This document shows, one piece after another, positions 1 through 9,354 of a stretch of DNA of 64,000 nt. The DNA comes from an uncultured Nitrospiraceae bacterium (GTDB lineage Bacteria; Nitrospirota; Thermodesulfovibrionia; Thermodesulfovibrionales; UBA6898), in contig CAYUNK010000003.1 of NCBI GenBank assembly GCA_964446125.1, forward strand, positions 2,886 to 66,885, given 5' to 3'. Below the pieces are notes generated by a model. That model did not search any database and had not been told where the DNA came from. It saw nothing but the letters and a program-made list of their open reading frames with translations. Numbering within the stretch: the stretch's first letter is position 1; each line of letters starts with the position of its first letter. A program made the translations under genes and the position numbers.

Positions 1-11
1 CATTCTGCAGC

Positions 12-2381
12 CTACACCAGCGTAACGACAGTGACGCCGCCTGAGCCTTCAGAGGGCTCTCCATGCCTGAATTTATTAACCAGCGGATGGCCTGTGAGAT
101 GTTCGCGGACTGCCCTGCCGAGGGCGCCTGTGCCGTATCCATGTACTATCGTTACCTCACTACAACCGGCAAGCGCCGCATGGTTCAGAAACGGTTCGAG
201 TCTTGAGAGGGCTTCATCGACCCGCATACCTATAAGATTGATCCTCGAAGCCACCATTTCATCAGACAGATCCTGTTGCACGATCTTTCCCTTCTTTTCA
301 CCAGGCGTTCTGCCCTTCTTTATCCTGATATCAGAGAGCGGTACAAGCACCTCTTTTGATCCTGAGATGACCTTGACGCGGCCTGCATTCGGCATAATCC
401 CTGAGACTGCGCCGTCATAGCCGAGCGACCTAACAAAGACCATATCACCGACATGAATCTCTTCAAAACTGAGCGATTCTCCATCTTCCACCGCATACTC
501 TGCAAGTCTGTCTGCTATCTGCTTCTGTTTCTGCTCGACTTCCTTTATCTTGTCCTGGAGTTCCCTCTTCTCCTTTTTCCTTATCTCGTCCAGTTCAATG
601 CGCATCTGCCGCTTGATGTCAGATACAATATCAAGCGCTTCCCTATGCGCTTCTGCAAGCATTTCCCGTTTCTTTGCCTCTGCCTCCGCTGCCCTCTTTT
701 CCGCCTCATTATTCCTGACCTCAACTTCAGCCTGTCTTCTCTTGAGATCTTCTATCAATCCCTCATACTCTGTCCTCTTCCGGTTAAGGTCAGCCATTAG
801 ATCATCCAGTTCCACTCTGCCGCCGCCTAACAGCTCCCGTGCATAATCAACGACACGGTCAGGCAGCCCGAACTTTCGCGCTATCTCAAGCGCATGGGAC
901 TGCCCCGGCTCGCCGGTCCTCAGTCTATAGAGCGGACTCAGAGTCTTCCTGTCAAACTCCATAGATGCATTCGCCATCCCTGAGGTTCTATGCACAAAGC
1001 CCTTAATGCCCATGAGATGGGTGGTTGCAAAAACCAAAGACCCCCTCTGCCTCAGTTCCTCCAGAACCGCACAGGCAAGTGCAGCGCCTTCATCAGGGTC
1101 GGTGCCTGTCCCGAGTTCGTCGATCAGCACCATAGTCTTTGCATCAGCGGTATCAAGCACAACCGCAATATTCCTGACATGAGCAGAGAAGGTAGACAGA
1201 TTACTCTCGATCGACTGTTCGTCACCCATATCTACAAGCAGAGAACTTACGAGCGGGAAACTTGATAAAGAACCGGCTGGAACCGGCATGCCCGACAGAG
1301 CCATGCAGAGAAGAAGCCCTGCAGTCTTTATTGCTATGGTCTTGCCTCCGGCATTCGAGCCGGTGATCACCATTGCCGTCTCATCGCCGCCAAGCTGAAG
1401 GTTCAGGGGCACCACCTTTCTGCTGCCTCCTGTTTTTTCGAGAGAGAGTGTCAGCAGCGGATGGCGCGCATTGACAAGCCTGATCGTATTTGATTTGCTG
1501 ATCTGAGGCAGCTCCATCTGGAGCCGGTCGGCAAACCGCACAATGCAGTGCAGCATATCGAGATGGACAATAACGCCAAACCCGGCTGCTATCTGGTCTG
1601 CCCTCTGCCTGATTTCTGAAGATATGGCGCGCAGGATGCGCAGTTCTTCTGCCCGCTCTTCTGCAGAGAGGTTCTCAAGCTCATTGGACAGGTGAATGAC
1701 TGTAAGGGGCTCTATAAAGGCAGTCTCTCCTGACTTGGAGACGTCATGCAGAACGCCAGGCACCATGCCCTTTGAGTCCATCCGCACGGGTATTACCCAT
1801 CTGCCTGCCCTCTTGGTAATGAAATCATCCTGAAGAAAAACAGAAAGCGAGGCCTCCCGTGTCATCTCCTCCAGCTTTTTCTGAATACCTGCATCGAGTC
1901 TTCTAAGTTCCCTCCGGATATTACTGAGCGCAGGAGAGGCGCTGTCTTTGATGCGGCCGTCAGCATCAATTGACTTCTTTATGGTCAAAAGCAGGTCAGG
2001 CTGGCCTGTCATCTGACTGCAGAGTTCAGGCAGGCCCTTAAGAGCAGTCGCCCCGGAAATCTGCCCTGATATCCCTATCGCCATATCGAGCACCGGCACA
2101 AAGGCCGATATCTCAGAGGCCTCAAGCAGGGCGCCCTGCGGCCTCACACGGCGCAGGAAAGGCTCAATATCCTGAAACTCGTACAGTGCCAGCAAAACGC
2201 CCTGAGACGCGAGTCTGCGAATCTCTTCTATCAATAAAAAGCGGCTCCTGATATCATCCCCGGAACTGAGGGGGGCAATATCAAGAACCGCCTGTTTTGA
2301 TACTTCGCTATGACCTGCCCCTGAAATGATCTCCAGCAGCCGGTCATATTCGAGCAGATGCAGGGTATTCTTCGATATCAT
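12..2381 (-). CDS. mutS2: Endonuclease MutS2 (MutS ATPase core plus C-terminal Smr domain)
   Basis: 789-aa ORF. Walker A GSNAGGKT, MutS signature DELGTGTDP, KE-rich coiled coil, C-terminal Smr-like IVHGYGTGALG. Confidence 0.9.
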   Translation of the reverse strand: MISKNTLHLLEYDRLLEIISGAGHSEVSKQAVLDIAPLSSGDDIRSRFLLIEEIRRLASQGVLLALYEFQDIEPFLRRVRPQGALLEASEISAFVPVLDMAIGISGQISGATALKGLPELCSQMTGQPDLLLTIKKSIDADGRIKDSASPALSNIRRELRRLDAGIQKKLEEMTREASLSVFLQDDFITKRAGRWVIPVRMDSKGMVPGVLHDVSKSGETAFIEPLTVIHLSNELENLSAEERAEELRILRAISSEIRQRADQIAAGFGVIVHLDMLHCIVRFADRLQMELPQISKSNTIRLVNARHPLLTLSLEKTGGSRKVVPLNLQLGGDETAMVITGSNAGGKTIAIKTAGLLLCMALSGMPVPAGSLSSFPLVSSLLVDMGDEQSIESNLSTFSAHVRNIAVVLDTADAKTMVLIDELGTGTDPDEGAALACAVLEELRQRGSLVFATTHLMGIKGFVHRTSGMANASMEFDRKTLSPLYRLRTGEPGQSHALEIARKFGLPDRVVDYARELLGGGRVELDDLMADLNRKRTEYEGLIEDLKRRQAEVEVRNNEAEKRAAEAEAKKREMLAEAHREALDIVSDIKRQMRIELDEIRKKEKRELQDKIKEVEQKQKQIADRLAEYAVEDGESLSFEEIHVGDMVFVRSLGYDGAVSGIMPNAGRVKVISGSKEVLVPLSDIRIKKGRTPGEKKGKIVQQDLSDEMVASRINLIGMRVDEALSRLEPFLNHAALAGCSEVTIVHGYGTGALGRAVREHLTGHPLVNKFRHGEPSEGSGGVTVVTLV

Positions 2382-2421
2382 GAAGAATTAGTTTACCCTA
2401 CTCAGCCCGTTTTACGATATA

Positions 2422-3399
2422 TCAGTCGAACCGTTCTACAGCATTGTGCTTTTTGTCAAATATCATCCTGTCATTGCGGTCCAGCTTTTTGTCGAGCTTA
2501 TCCTGCTCCTTCTCTGTCAATCTGCCGTCCGCCTTCATACGGGAATAAGAGGCCCTGATCCTGTCGAGATTCCCCTGAACGATCTCTGCCTCTTTCCTCG
2601 TCAGTTCTCCGGATCGGATGCCATTGTCAATCCTCCGCTGCTGCCTCTCGATCCTGTCCTGAAATCCGATCGGCATCTCATGGTCATGTCTCGGACCAGG
2701 CATACGTGCAGGTTCATACATTCTCCTGATCTGATTATTACGCTTGTCATGTATCATCCTGCTGTTTGTGTCAAGGTCATTTTCCAGCCTGTCAGCCTCT
2801 CTGGAAGATAAAGTCCCGTCTGCCTTCATGCGGTTATAGTCATCTCTGATATGGTTCAGGTTGTCCTGAAGCATATCTGCCTCCCTACGTGTCAGGTCTC
2901 CTTTGGCAACCCCCTGATCAATTCTCCTTTGCTGATTGTCAATCCTGTCGCTGAAATCAGTCCTCGACTGCTCCTGCCTTGGCACAGGCGGCATAACCGG
3001 CGGCGCAACCGGCGGCGTATAGACCCGCCGTATATCATTGTTCTTTTTGTCCCTTATCATGCGGTTGTTCTGGTTCAGATAATCGGAAAGCCTCTCGATC
3101 TCGAACTGGGTCAGCCGGCCGTCTCTCCTTGCGCGTGTATATTCATTCCTTATCCAGTTGAGGTTGTCCATCAGCATATCCGCCTCTCTTCGGGTAAGCT
3201 CTCCCGAGGATATGCCCTGATCAATCCTTCTCTGCTGATTGTCTATCCGCAATTCTATGTCATAACGGTCAGCACGGTCATATGGCCCGTAACTGTCATC
3301 ATAATAAGGACGACTCTCCGGTTGTACGCAGGCGGTGACGCTTAACAACAGGGCAATGGCAATGACTGAAACAAGTAATCTCCTCATAGAAGCCTCCAT
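2422..3399 (-). CDS. Lipoprotein with three tandem ~76-aa helical modules, function unknown
   Basis: Signal peptide with lipobox LLLSVTAC. Module RIDNQQRRIDQG..GELTRREA..DGRLT..E occurs three times. The second ATG at 3387 has a GGAGG 6 nt upstream and may be the true start. Confidence 0.7.
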   Translation of the reverse strand: MEASMRRLLVSVIAIALLLSVTACVQPESRPYYDDSYGPYDRADRYDIELRIDNQQRRIDQGISSGELTRREADMLMDNLNWIRNEYTRARRDGRLTQFEIERLSDYLNQNNRMIRDKKNNDIRRVYTPPVAPPVMPPVPRQEQSRTDFSDRIDNQQRRIDQGVAKGDLTRREADMLQDNLNHIRDDYNRMKADGTLSSREADRLENDLDTNSRMIHDKRNNQIRRMYEPARMPGPRHDHEMPIGFQDRIERQQRRIDNGIRSGELTRKEAEIVQGNLDRIRASYSRMKADGRLTEKEQDKLDKKLDRNDRMIFDKKHNAVERFD

Positions 3400-3459
3400 A
3401 GGTTATATTTTCAACAGCAATGAAACTGCTTCACGCCGACAGGCCGGGAAAGAAGAGGC

Positions 3460-5250
3460 TTAAGACTTCTCCTCTGCAATCACAGCGGTCCTGATATGAA
3501 GTTCCCTGAGCTGTTTCGGCTCTACAACCGACGGAGCCCCTGACATCATGCAGAAGGCCTTCTGCGTCTTTGGGAAGGCTATCACGTCCCTGATCGAGGT
3601 GGCGCCCACCATCAGCATGATCAGCCTGTCGAGCCCAAGGGCTATGCCGCCATGAGGCGGGGCCCCATACTGAAGAGCATCAAGCAGAAAACCGAACTTT
3701 GCACGGGCATCCTCTTCTGTGATATTAAGCAGCTCGAACATCCTGTTCTGGAGCTTCTGGTTATGGATTCTGATGCTTCCGCCGCCCACCTCAAAACCGT
3801 TCAGCACAATATCATAGGCCTTGGCCTTGAGTGAGCCCAGCATATTCCTGTCAGTAATGCCTCCGGAGATCATCTCTGCCATATCTGAATCAAGAGGCGA
3901 GGTGAACGGATGGTGCATGGCCTGGAACCTGCCTTCATCCTCATCCCACTCAAGCAGAGGAAAATCCGTTATCCAGACAAACTTGTATCCCGGCTGAATC
4001 AGGTTAAGCCGCCTGCCTAATTCAAGCCTGAGCCTGCTCAGCACATCATAGGTGACCTTTGCCCTGTCAGCCACAAAGAGCATCATATCCCCGTCCTCTG
4101 AGCCGAGCCGCGCTGCCATCTCCCCAAGCACCTCCTCAGGGAAGAACTTTGCAATGGGAGACTCGAAGCCGTCCTTCACCTTGATCCATGCGAGTCCTTT
4201 TGCGCCGTAAGACTGGGCCTCCTGTGTGAGCAAGTCAATATCCTTCCTTGATATGCCTGCCATGCCCTTGCCGTTTATTGCCTTGACCAGGCCGCCGGAC
4301 TGCAAGGCATCAAGAAAGACCTTGAATGTTCCCTTTGCAGCAAGGTCTGCCATGTCTTTCAGTTCAAGCCCAAAGCGCATGTCAGGCTTGTCATTGCCAA
4401 AACGCTCCATGGATTCCTGATAACCAAGCGCCTCAAAGGGCGTCTCAATATCCATATTCAGGACTCCCTTAAAGAGCCTCTTCATCATGCCTTCGATCAG
4501 GCCGATGATATCCTGCCGGTCAACAAAAGACATCTCAAGGTCAACCTGAGTAAACTCAGGCTGGCGGTCTGCCCTCAGATCCTCATCGCGGAAGCATTTT
4601 ACGATCTGGAAATATTTCTCCATGCCTGCAACCATAAGGATCTGCTTAAAGAGCTGCGGCGACTGAGGCAGGGCATAGAAATAACCCGGGTTCAGCCTTG
4701 AGGGAACGAGATAGTCCCGCGCGCCCTCAGGGGTGGACTTGGTGAGCATGGGGGTCTCTATTTCGAGGAACCCGTTTTCGTCCAGGTAATCGCGGATCAG
4801 CTTGCCTGCCCTGTGGCGGGTTATCATGTTCTGCTGCATCTCGGGCCGCCTCAGATCGAGATAGCGGTGCCTCAGCCGCAGGGCCTCACCAGCCTCGGCA
4901 GCCTCTTCCATGTTGTAGGGAAGCGGAGCAGCCTCGTTCAGCACCAAAAGCTCCCTGACATACATCTCGATCATGCCGGTCGGCAGATTCGGATTTTCTG
5001 TCCCCTCGGGCCGCCTTCTGATCTCTCCGGTGACTGAAATAACATACTCTGCGCGCAGGTCGTGAGCCTTTTCATGGGCATCGCCCGACAGATCAGGACT
5101 GAATACAACCTGGCATATGCCTGAGCGGTCCCTCAGGTCAATAAAGATAAGACCGCCGTGGTCCCGCCGCCTGAAGACCCACCCGGCTATAGTTATCGTA
5201 GAGCCAATATCAGATTCACGGATCTCTCCGCACAGCTTATCGCGATTCAT
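3460..5250 (-). CDS. aspS: Aspartyl-tRNA synthetase
   Basis: 596 aa. Class II motifs [18 protein letters not shown] and GGGSIRIH, plus an N-terminal OB anticodon-binding region. Confidence 0.95.
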   Translation of the reverse strand: MNRDKLCGEIRESDIGSTITIAGWVFRRRDHGGLIFIDLRDRSGICQVVFSPDLSGDAHEKAHDLRAEYVISVTGEIRRRPEGTENPNLPTGMIEMYVRELLVLNEAAPLPYNMEEAAEAGEALRLRHRYLDLRRPEMQQNMITRHRAGKLIRDYLDENGFLEIETPMLTKSTPEGARDYLVPSRLNPGYFYALPQSPQLFKQILMVAGMEKYFQIVKCFRDEDLRADRQPEFTQVDLEMSFVDRQDIIGLIEGMMKRLFKGVLNMDIETPFEALGYQESMERFGNDKPDMRFGLELKDMADLAAKGTFKVFLDALQSGGLVKAINGKGMAGISRKDIDLLTQEAQSYGAKGLAWIKVKDGFESPIAKFFPEEVLGEMAARLGSEDGDMMLFVADRAKVTYDVLSRLRLELGRRLNLIQPGYKFVWITDFPLLEWDEDEGRFQAMHHPFTSPLDSDMAEMISGGITDRNMLGSLKAKAYDIVLNGFEVGGGSIRIHNQKLQNRMFELLNITEEDARAKFGFLLDALQYGAPPHGGIALGLDRLIMLMVGATSIRDVIAFPKTQKAFCMMSGAPSVVEPKQLRELHIRTAVIAEEKS

Positions 5251-5971
5251 GCGCCTCTCCTATTTCTCGTGTTATTGAATCCATCTCCTGCATAGTGAGC
5301 TTTCGGTAAGCGCCGGGCTCAAGAGGCCCCATCTCAATACCGTTGATCCTTATCCTCATAAGCCTCAGCACATCGTGCCTCGTATGCTCTATCATCTTCC
5401 TGATCTGGCGATTCCTGCCCTCATGGATCGTTATCTCTATCCAGGAATTGCTTTCGCCCTTCTTCAGCTTCTTAACCTTTGCAGGCGCGGTAAGCCTCCC
5501 TTCAACCTTTATGCCCTTTCTCAGCCTGTCAATATCTTCATCCTCAAGGACACCCTTGACCTTCACAAGATAGGTCTTGGGGATCTTGCGGGAGGGATGG
5601 GTAACGGCATACGCAAAATCTCCGTCATTGGTAAGAAGAAGGAGACCTTCTGAGTCATAGTCGAGCCTGCCGACAGGAAAAACCCTCTGTTTGATGCGAC
5701 CGAAGAAATCATTCACCGTCTGACGTCCCTCCGGGTCGCTCATGGAGGTCATGACGCCGCGCGGCTTGTTAAAGGCATAATAGACCTTCTTTTCAGGGCT
5801 GGTGAGGAGTTTTCCCCTTACCTTGATATGGTCTCGCAGAGGGTCAGCCTTCATGCCGATTTCGGCAACCCTGCCGTTAACCGTCACGAGCCCTTCCATG
5901 ATAAGCTCCTCTGCCTTTCTGCGGGAGGCAATTCCCATCTCTGCCATGATCTTCTGTAGACGCTGTTGCAT
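5237..5971 (-). CDS. rluB: Pseudouridine synthase, RsuA/RluB family
   Basis: N-terminal S4 domain ([12 protein letters not shown]) and catalytic motif [17 protein letters not shown]. Confidence 0.85.
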   Translation of the reverse strand: MQQRLQKIMAEMGIASRRKAEELIMEGLVTVNGRVAEIGMKADPLRDHIKVRGKLLTSPEKKVYYAFNKPRGVMTSMSDPEGRQTVNDFFGRIKQRVFPVGRLDYDSEGLLLLTNDGDFAYAVTHPSRKIPKTYLVKVKGVLEDEDIDRLRKGIKVEGRLTAPAKVKKLKKGESNSWIEITIHEGRNRQIRKMIEHTRHDVLRLMRIRINGIEMGPLEPGAYRKLTMQEMDSITREIGEAHESR

Positions 5972-6146
5972 AAGACATTAATAATACCATAAATGACCGG
6001 CAGGACGGAGGAGGGGGCCAGGCGCTGTCGCCTGCAGGAAGACATATCCATATGTTAAGGCCGCGGCGGCAAGGCTGTAATGTTGATTATCAATGACAGC
6101 ATTGTATAGAATTGATAGTAATTGAACATGTTAGTGAAAAGGCAAA

Positions 6147-6226
6147 CTGCCCGAGAGGGCAGGACGCAAAGCCACTGGTCCTGAAAGAGGATGGCAGGGT
6201 TGCTGAATTAACGCCAGCCTGCCCTG
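6147..6226. repeat. GGGCAGG/CCTGCCC hairpin-type intergenic repeat (related copy at 32599-32675)
   Basis: Arms AGGGCAGG (6156-6163) and CCTGCCCT (6218-6225). Nested CTGCCC-GAGA-GGGCAG mini-hairpin at 6147-6162. The reverse complement resembles the 32.6-kb copy (GAGTAC..AGGGCAGGCT..CATCCTC..CCTGCCCTC). Confidence 0.5.
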
Positions 6227-6296
6227 TACTCTTCAGATACCATGTGTCAGTGAGTTGACATAATGAAAAAAACAGCTTCGATGACAACAGCAATGA

Positions 6297-6404
6297 TTAT
6301 TAACGGTCTCAAAATAGTATTGACATGGTTCGACAGGCTCACCATGACCGGTCACCCTGAGCTTGTCGAAGGGTGTAAAGACTATTTTGAGACGTTTATT
6401 AACA
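6297..6404 (+). repeat. ~105-nt imperfect-palindrome intergenic element, copy 1
   Basis: Near-identical to the reverse complement of 32718-32823. Arms GTCTCAAAATAGT/ACTATTTTGAGAC and TTCGACAGGCTCA/TGAGCTTGTCGAA, with central palindrome TGACCGGTCA. Confidence 0.8.
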
Positions 6405-6426
6405 GCCTTCAGGACAGCCGCATTAC

Positions 6427-9318
6427 ATGAAAAAAAAGATCATCACCTCCCTGCTGCTCCTTTTCCTCTTCTCTGCAGCCGGAGTAGTCATTTCGTCGCT
6501 GCATATCAGAACAACCACTTCTTCCCTTGAAAGGCTGATCAGACTCCATGAAATTGACAAGCTCCGCAAGGATCTGTTCATGGCGGTACAGACCGTTCAA
6601 TCAGAACTGTATACTGTGGGCACGGCCTTCGGAAACAAGATTGATATCATCGTTGAAAATGTAATCCGTCTTGAAAACAGCGCGGGCAGATGCACGGATT
6701 GTCATCACAAGCCTGATATGGAAACCCGGCTGATTGAGCTGCAGTCCTCCATAGACGATTATCAGACTGCATTAAGCTACTATATCACCGCCTCAGCAGA
6801 CAGGAATAATATTGACCGTCTGAAAACAGAGGCTGCAGCCATCGGCAACAATCTCATCCGAACAATTGAGATGATGTCAATTGATGCCGGCAGCAGGCTC
6901 GCATCAAGGACGACTGATTCCCTAAAACAGATTCAAAATGCAAGGCGCATCCTCCTGCTTACGATCATCCTTACCTTTCTGGCCGGCATTATCGTCGCAG
7001 TCCACCTCACCACATCCATTACCAGGCCTGTAGGCGTCCTGCTTGACGCTGTAAGATCAATCACGGCAGGAAAACTCGGCCATACGATCAGCATTCGGGA
7101 CAGGACTGAATTCGGCGAACTGGCTGATAACATCAACCGTATGAGCGAATCGCTCAGGACAGGCTATGATGAACTCGAAAAGGAGATTGCAGAGCGAAGG
7201 CAGATAGCTTCCACCCTTGCCGGATCAGAGGCCTTTCTGAGCACAATCTTCGACAGTATCAATGATCCGTTCTGCATATTTGACCGGGAATTCAGGATTG
7301 TCAGATTCAATGATGCATACGCTCAGATGAAAACCACGCGCATTGATCCCCAAACTTCACCGGTATGCTACGAACTTCTTCACGGCCGGAGTTCAGTATG
7401 CGATGACTGCATCGTCAGGATGACGTTTCTGTCAGGCGATCCCTCTGCAAAGGAGAAAATGGTCGGTGACCGGCAGGGGTATCAGCAGTGGGTCGAGATT
7501 TACACGTATCCGATCCGTGACAGGGACAACGCCGTAACCCATGTTATCGAATATGTGAGGGATATCACAGAGAGAAAGAGGTCTGAGGCTGCGCTGAGGG
7601 AAAGCGAAGAGCGGTATGCCCTTGCAGCCAGGGGGGCAAACGACGGACTCTGGGACTGGAATCTGGAAAACAACACGATATACTATTCCATCCGGTGGAA
7701 ATCCATGCTGGGATATGCCGACAGGGAGATAGGAAGCAGTTCTGATGAATGGCTTAACCGTCTGCATGAGGATGATCGCGACAGGGTATTGTCGAGAATC
7801 AATACGTATCTGCAGTTGACAGGCGAACATCTTGAGATGGAATACCGCATCAGCCACAAGGACGGGACATACCTCTGGATGCTCTGCAGGGGCATGGCGC
7901 TCTTCAATCGCGATGGAAAACCTTACCGCATGGCCGGTTCACAAACCGACATAACAGCTCACAAGAATATTGAAGATCAGCTTCTCCATGACGCATTTCA
8001 TGATGGCCTGACCGGACTTGCCAACAGGGCCCTGTTCCGCGACAGGCTCCATAATGCAATAAGCAGATCCAGGAGACAGATGCAATATATCTATGCTGTC
8101 ATGTTCCTTGACGTTGACCGCTTCAAGATAATCAATGACAGTCTGGGACATACAGCAGGCGACCGGCTGCTGATCGAGATAAGCAGCCGCATGGTCAGCT
8201 GTATCAGGCCGGGTGATACGATTGCGAGGCTCGGCGGGGATGAGTTTGCAATTCTGCTCGAAAATGTCAACGACGTCACGGACGTCAGAAAGGTTGTCGA
8301 GCGCATTCAGTCGGAATTTGCAGCGCCCTTTATGATAAACGGCAATGAGATCTATGTGACCCAGAGCATCGGCATTGCCCTTGAACAGGACCGCTATGAA
8401 CAGCCGGACCAGATACTGAGCGATGCCGACATCGCAATGTACACTGCCAAGGCAAAGGGCAAGGCCAGGTATGAGATCTTTGACGAAAGCATGCAGAGCT
8501 TCATAATAGAGCGGCTTCAGCTTGAGGCGGATCTCAGGGTTGCCGTGCAGCATTTCACCGATTTCGTCCTTCACTATCAACCGATCTTTGATGTTAGTAC
8601 GCGCAAGCTCAGCGGATTTGAGGCCCTTGTCCGCTGGCGCCATCCAAAACGCGGCATCCTCCCGCCCATGGAATTCATACCTCTTGCTGAAGAGACCGGC
8701 CTGATCCTGTTTCTGGGTGAATGGATCCTTTTTGAGTCCTGCAGGCAGCTCAGGCACTGGCAGGACCGCTACCATACGGCAAGACCGCTCAAGATGAGCG
8801 TAAACGTATCCGCCAAACAGTTTCTTAATGATAATTTTGTTGATCTTCTGATCAGAATTGTGGAAGAAACAGGCATCGCAGCCGATACGCTCGCAATAGA
8901 ACTTACAGAGAGCATTATCGTGGATAATCTCAATGCCGCTGTAAATGCCATGAACAGACTGCGTACAATTGGCGTCAATATACATATTGACGACTTCGGC
9001 ACCGGATATTCTTCTTTGAGTTATCTGAATAAATTTCCAATATCAGCGCTTAAGATAGACCGGAGCTTTGTCGCCGGCATGTGCGATAACGATGAACTCC
9101 GCGAGATCGTAAGGACCATAGTATCACTTGCCCATAATCTCAAGCTTGAGGTGATTGCTGAAGGCATAGAACTGGCTGCCCACTTCGACGAGATCAACTC
9201 AATGGCTTGCCATTTTGCCCAGGGATATTTCTTCTCGCTGCCTATTGCAGCAGATGAAATTGATCACTGGATGGTGAGAGAAAAAATGGCCGGGCTCAGG
9301 GATGGCAGCCAGTGCTAA
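6427..9318 (+). CDS. Membrane sensor with CxxCHH extracytoplasmic domain, HAMP, two PAS, GGDEF and EAL domains
   Basis: 963 aa. Two TM segments flank a ~150-aa domain containing CTDCHH. Contains RLGGDEFA (GGDEF) and FEALVRW / ELTES (EAL). Confidence 0.9.
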   Translation: MKKKIITSLLLLFLFSAAGVVISSLHIRTTTSSLERLIRLHEIDKLRKDLFMAVQTVQSELYTVGTAFGNKIDIIVENVIRLENSAGRCTDCHHKPDMETRLIELQSSIDDYQTALSYYITASADRNNIDRLKTEAAAIGNNLIRTIEMMSIDAGSRLASRTTDSLKQIQNARRILLLTIILTFLAGIIVAVHLTTSITRPVGVLLDAVRSITAGKLGHTISIRDRTEFGELADNINRMSESLRTGYDELEKEIAERRQIASTLAGSEAFLSTIFDSINDPFCIFDREFRIVRFNDAYAQMKTTRIDPQTSPVCYELLHGRSSVCDDCIVRMTFLSGDPSAKEKMVGDRQGYQQWVEIYTYPIRDRDNAVTHVIEYVRDITERKRSEAALRESEERYALAARGANDGLWDWNLENNTIYYSIRWKSMLGYADREIGSSSDEWLNRLHEDDRDRVLSRINTYLQLTGEHLEMEYRISHKDGTYLWMLCRGMALFNRDGKPYRMAGSQTDITAHKNIEDQLLHDAFHDGLTGLANRALFRDRLHNAISRSRRQMQYIYAVMFLDVDRFKIINDSLGHTAGDRLLIEISSRMVSCIRPGDTIARLGGDEFAILLENVNDVTDVRKVVERIQSEFAAPFMINGNEIYVTQSIGIALEQDRYEQPDQILSDADIAMYTAKAKGKARYEIFDESMQSFIIERLQLEADLRVAVQHFTDFVLHYQPIFDVSTRKLSGFEALVRWRHPKRGILPPMEFIPLAEETGLILFLGEWILFESCRQLRHWQDRYHTARPLKMSVNVSAKQFLNDNFVDLLIRIVEETGIAADTLAIELTESIIVDNLNAAVNAMNRLRTIGVNIHIDDFGTGYSSLSYLNKFPISALKIDRSFVAGMCDNDELREIVRTIVSLAHNLKLEVIAEGIELAAHFDEINSMACHFAQGYFFSLPIAADEIDHWMVREKMAGLRDGSQC

Positions 9319-9354
9319 TTACGGGCAGTCCAAAATCCTGTATCTTTCTGTCGC

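Noticed and set aside
6090-6293. 67-aa minus-strand ORF and 63-aa ORF (6409..6600) near the first repeat locus.
   Set aside because: They overlap the GGGCAGG hairpin repeat and the 5' end of the GGDEF-EAL gene respectively. Neither has coding signatures.
6430-6437. A8 homopolymer directly after the start codon of the GGDEF-EAL gene, considered as a possible phase-variation tract.
   Set aside because: It simply encodes the MKKK n-region of the signal/TM segment. The paralogue uses AAG codons for the same residues. The tract is short and there is no evidence of length variation.
7939-8985. Very long antisense ORFs. These include the 348-aa ORF here, and also 18177..19010, 41363..42142, 47778..48647, 52068..52766, 60506..61246, 11931..12725 and 31170..31868.
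   Set aside because: Where I checked the arithmetic (7939..8985 vs 6427; 60506..61246 vs 60467; 47778..48647 vs 48539; 18177..18731 vs 18027), the antisense codons are exactly phase-aligned with the sense codons. Stops there can therefore arise only from sense TTA/CTA/TCA codons, which this genome evidently avoids. The translations are low-complexity (S/A/R/L/P-rich) with no motifs. They are mirror-frame artefacts of codon bias, not overlapping genes.
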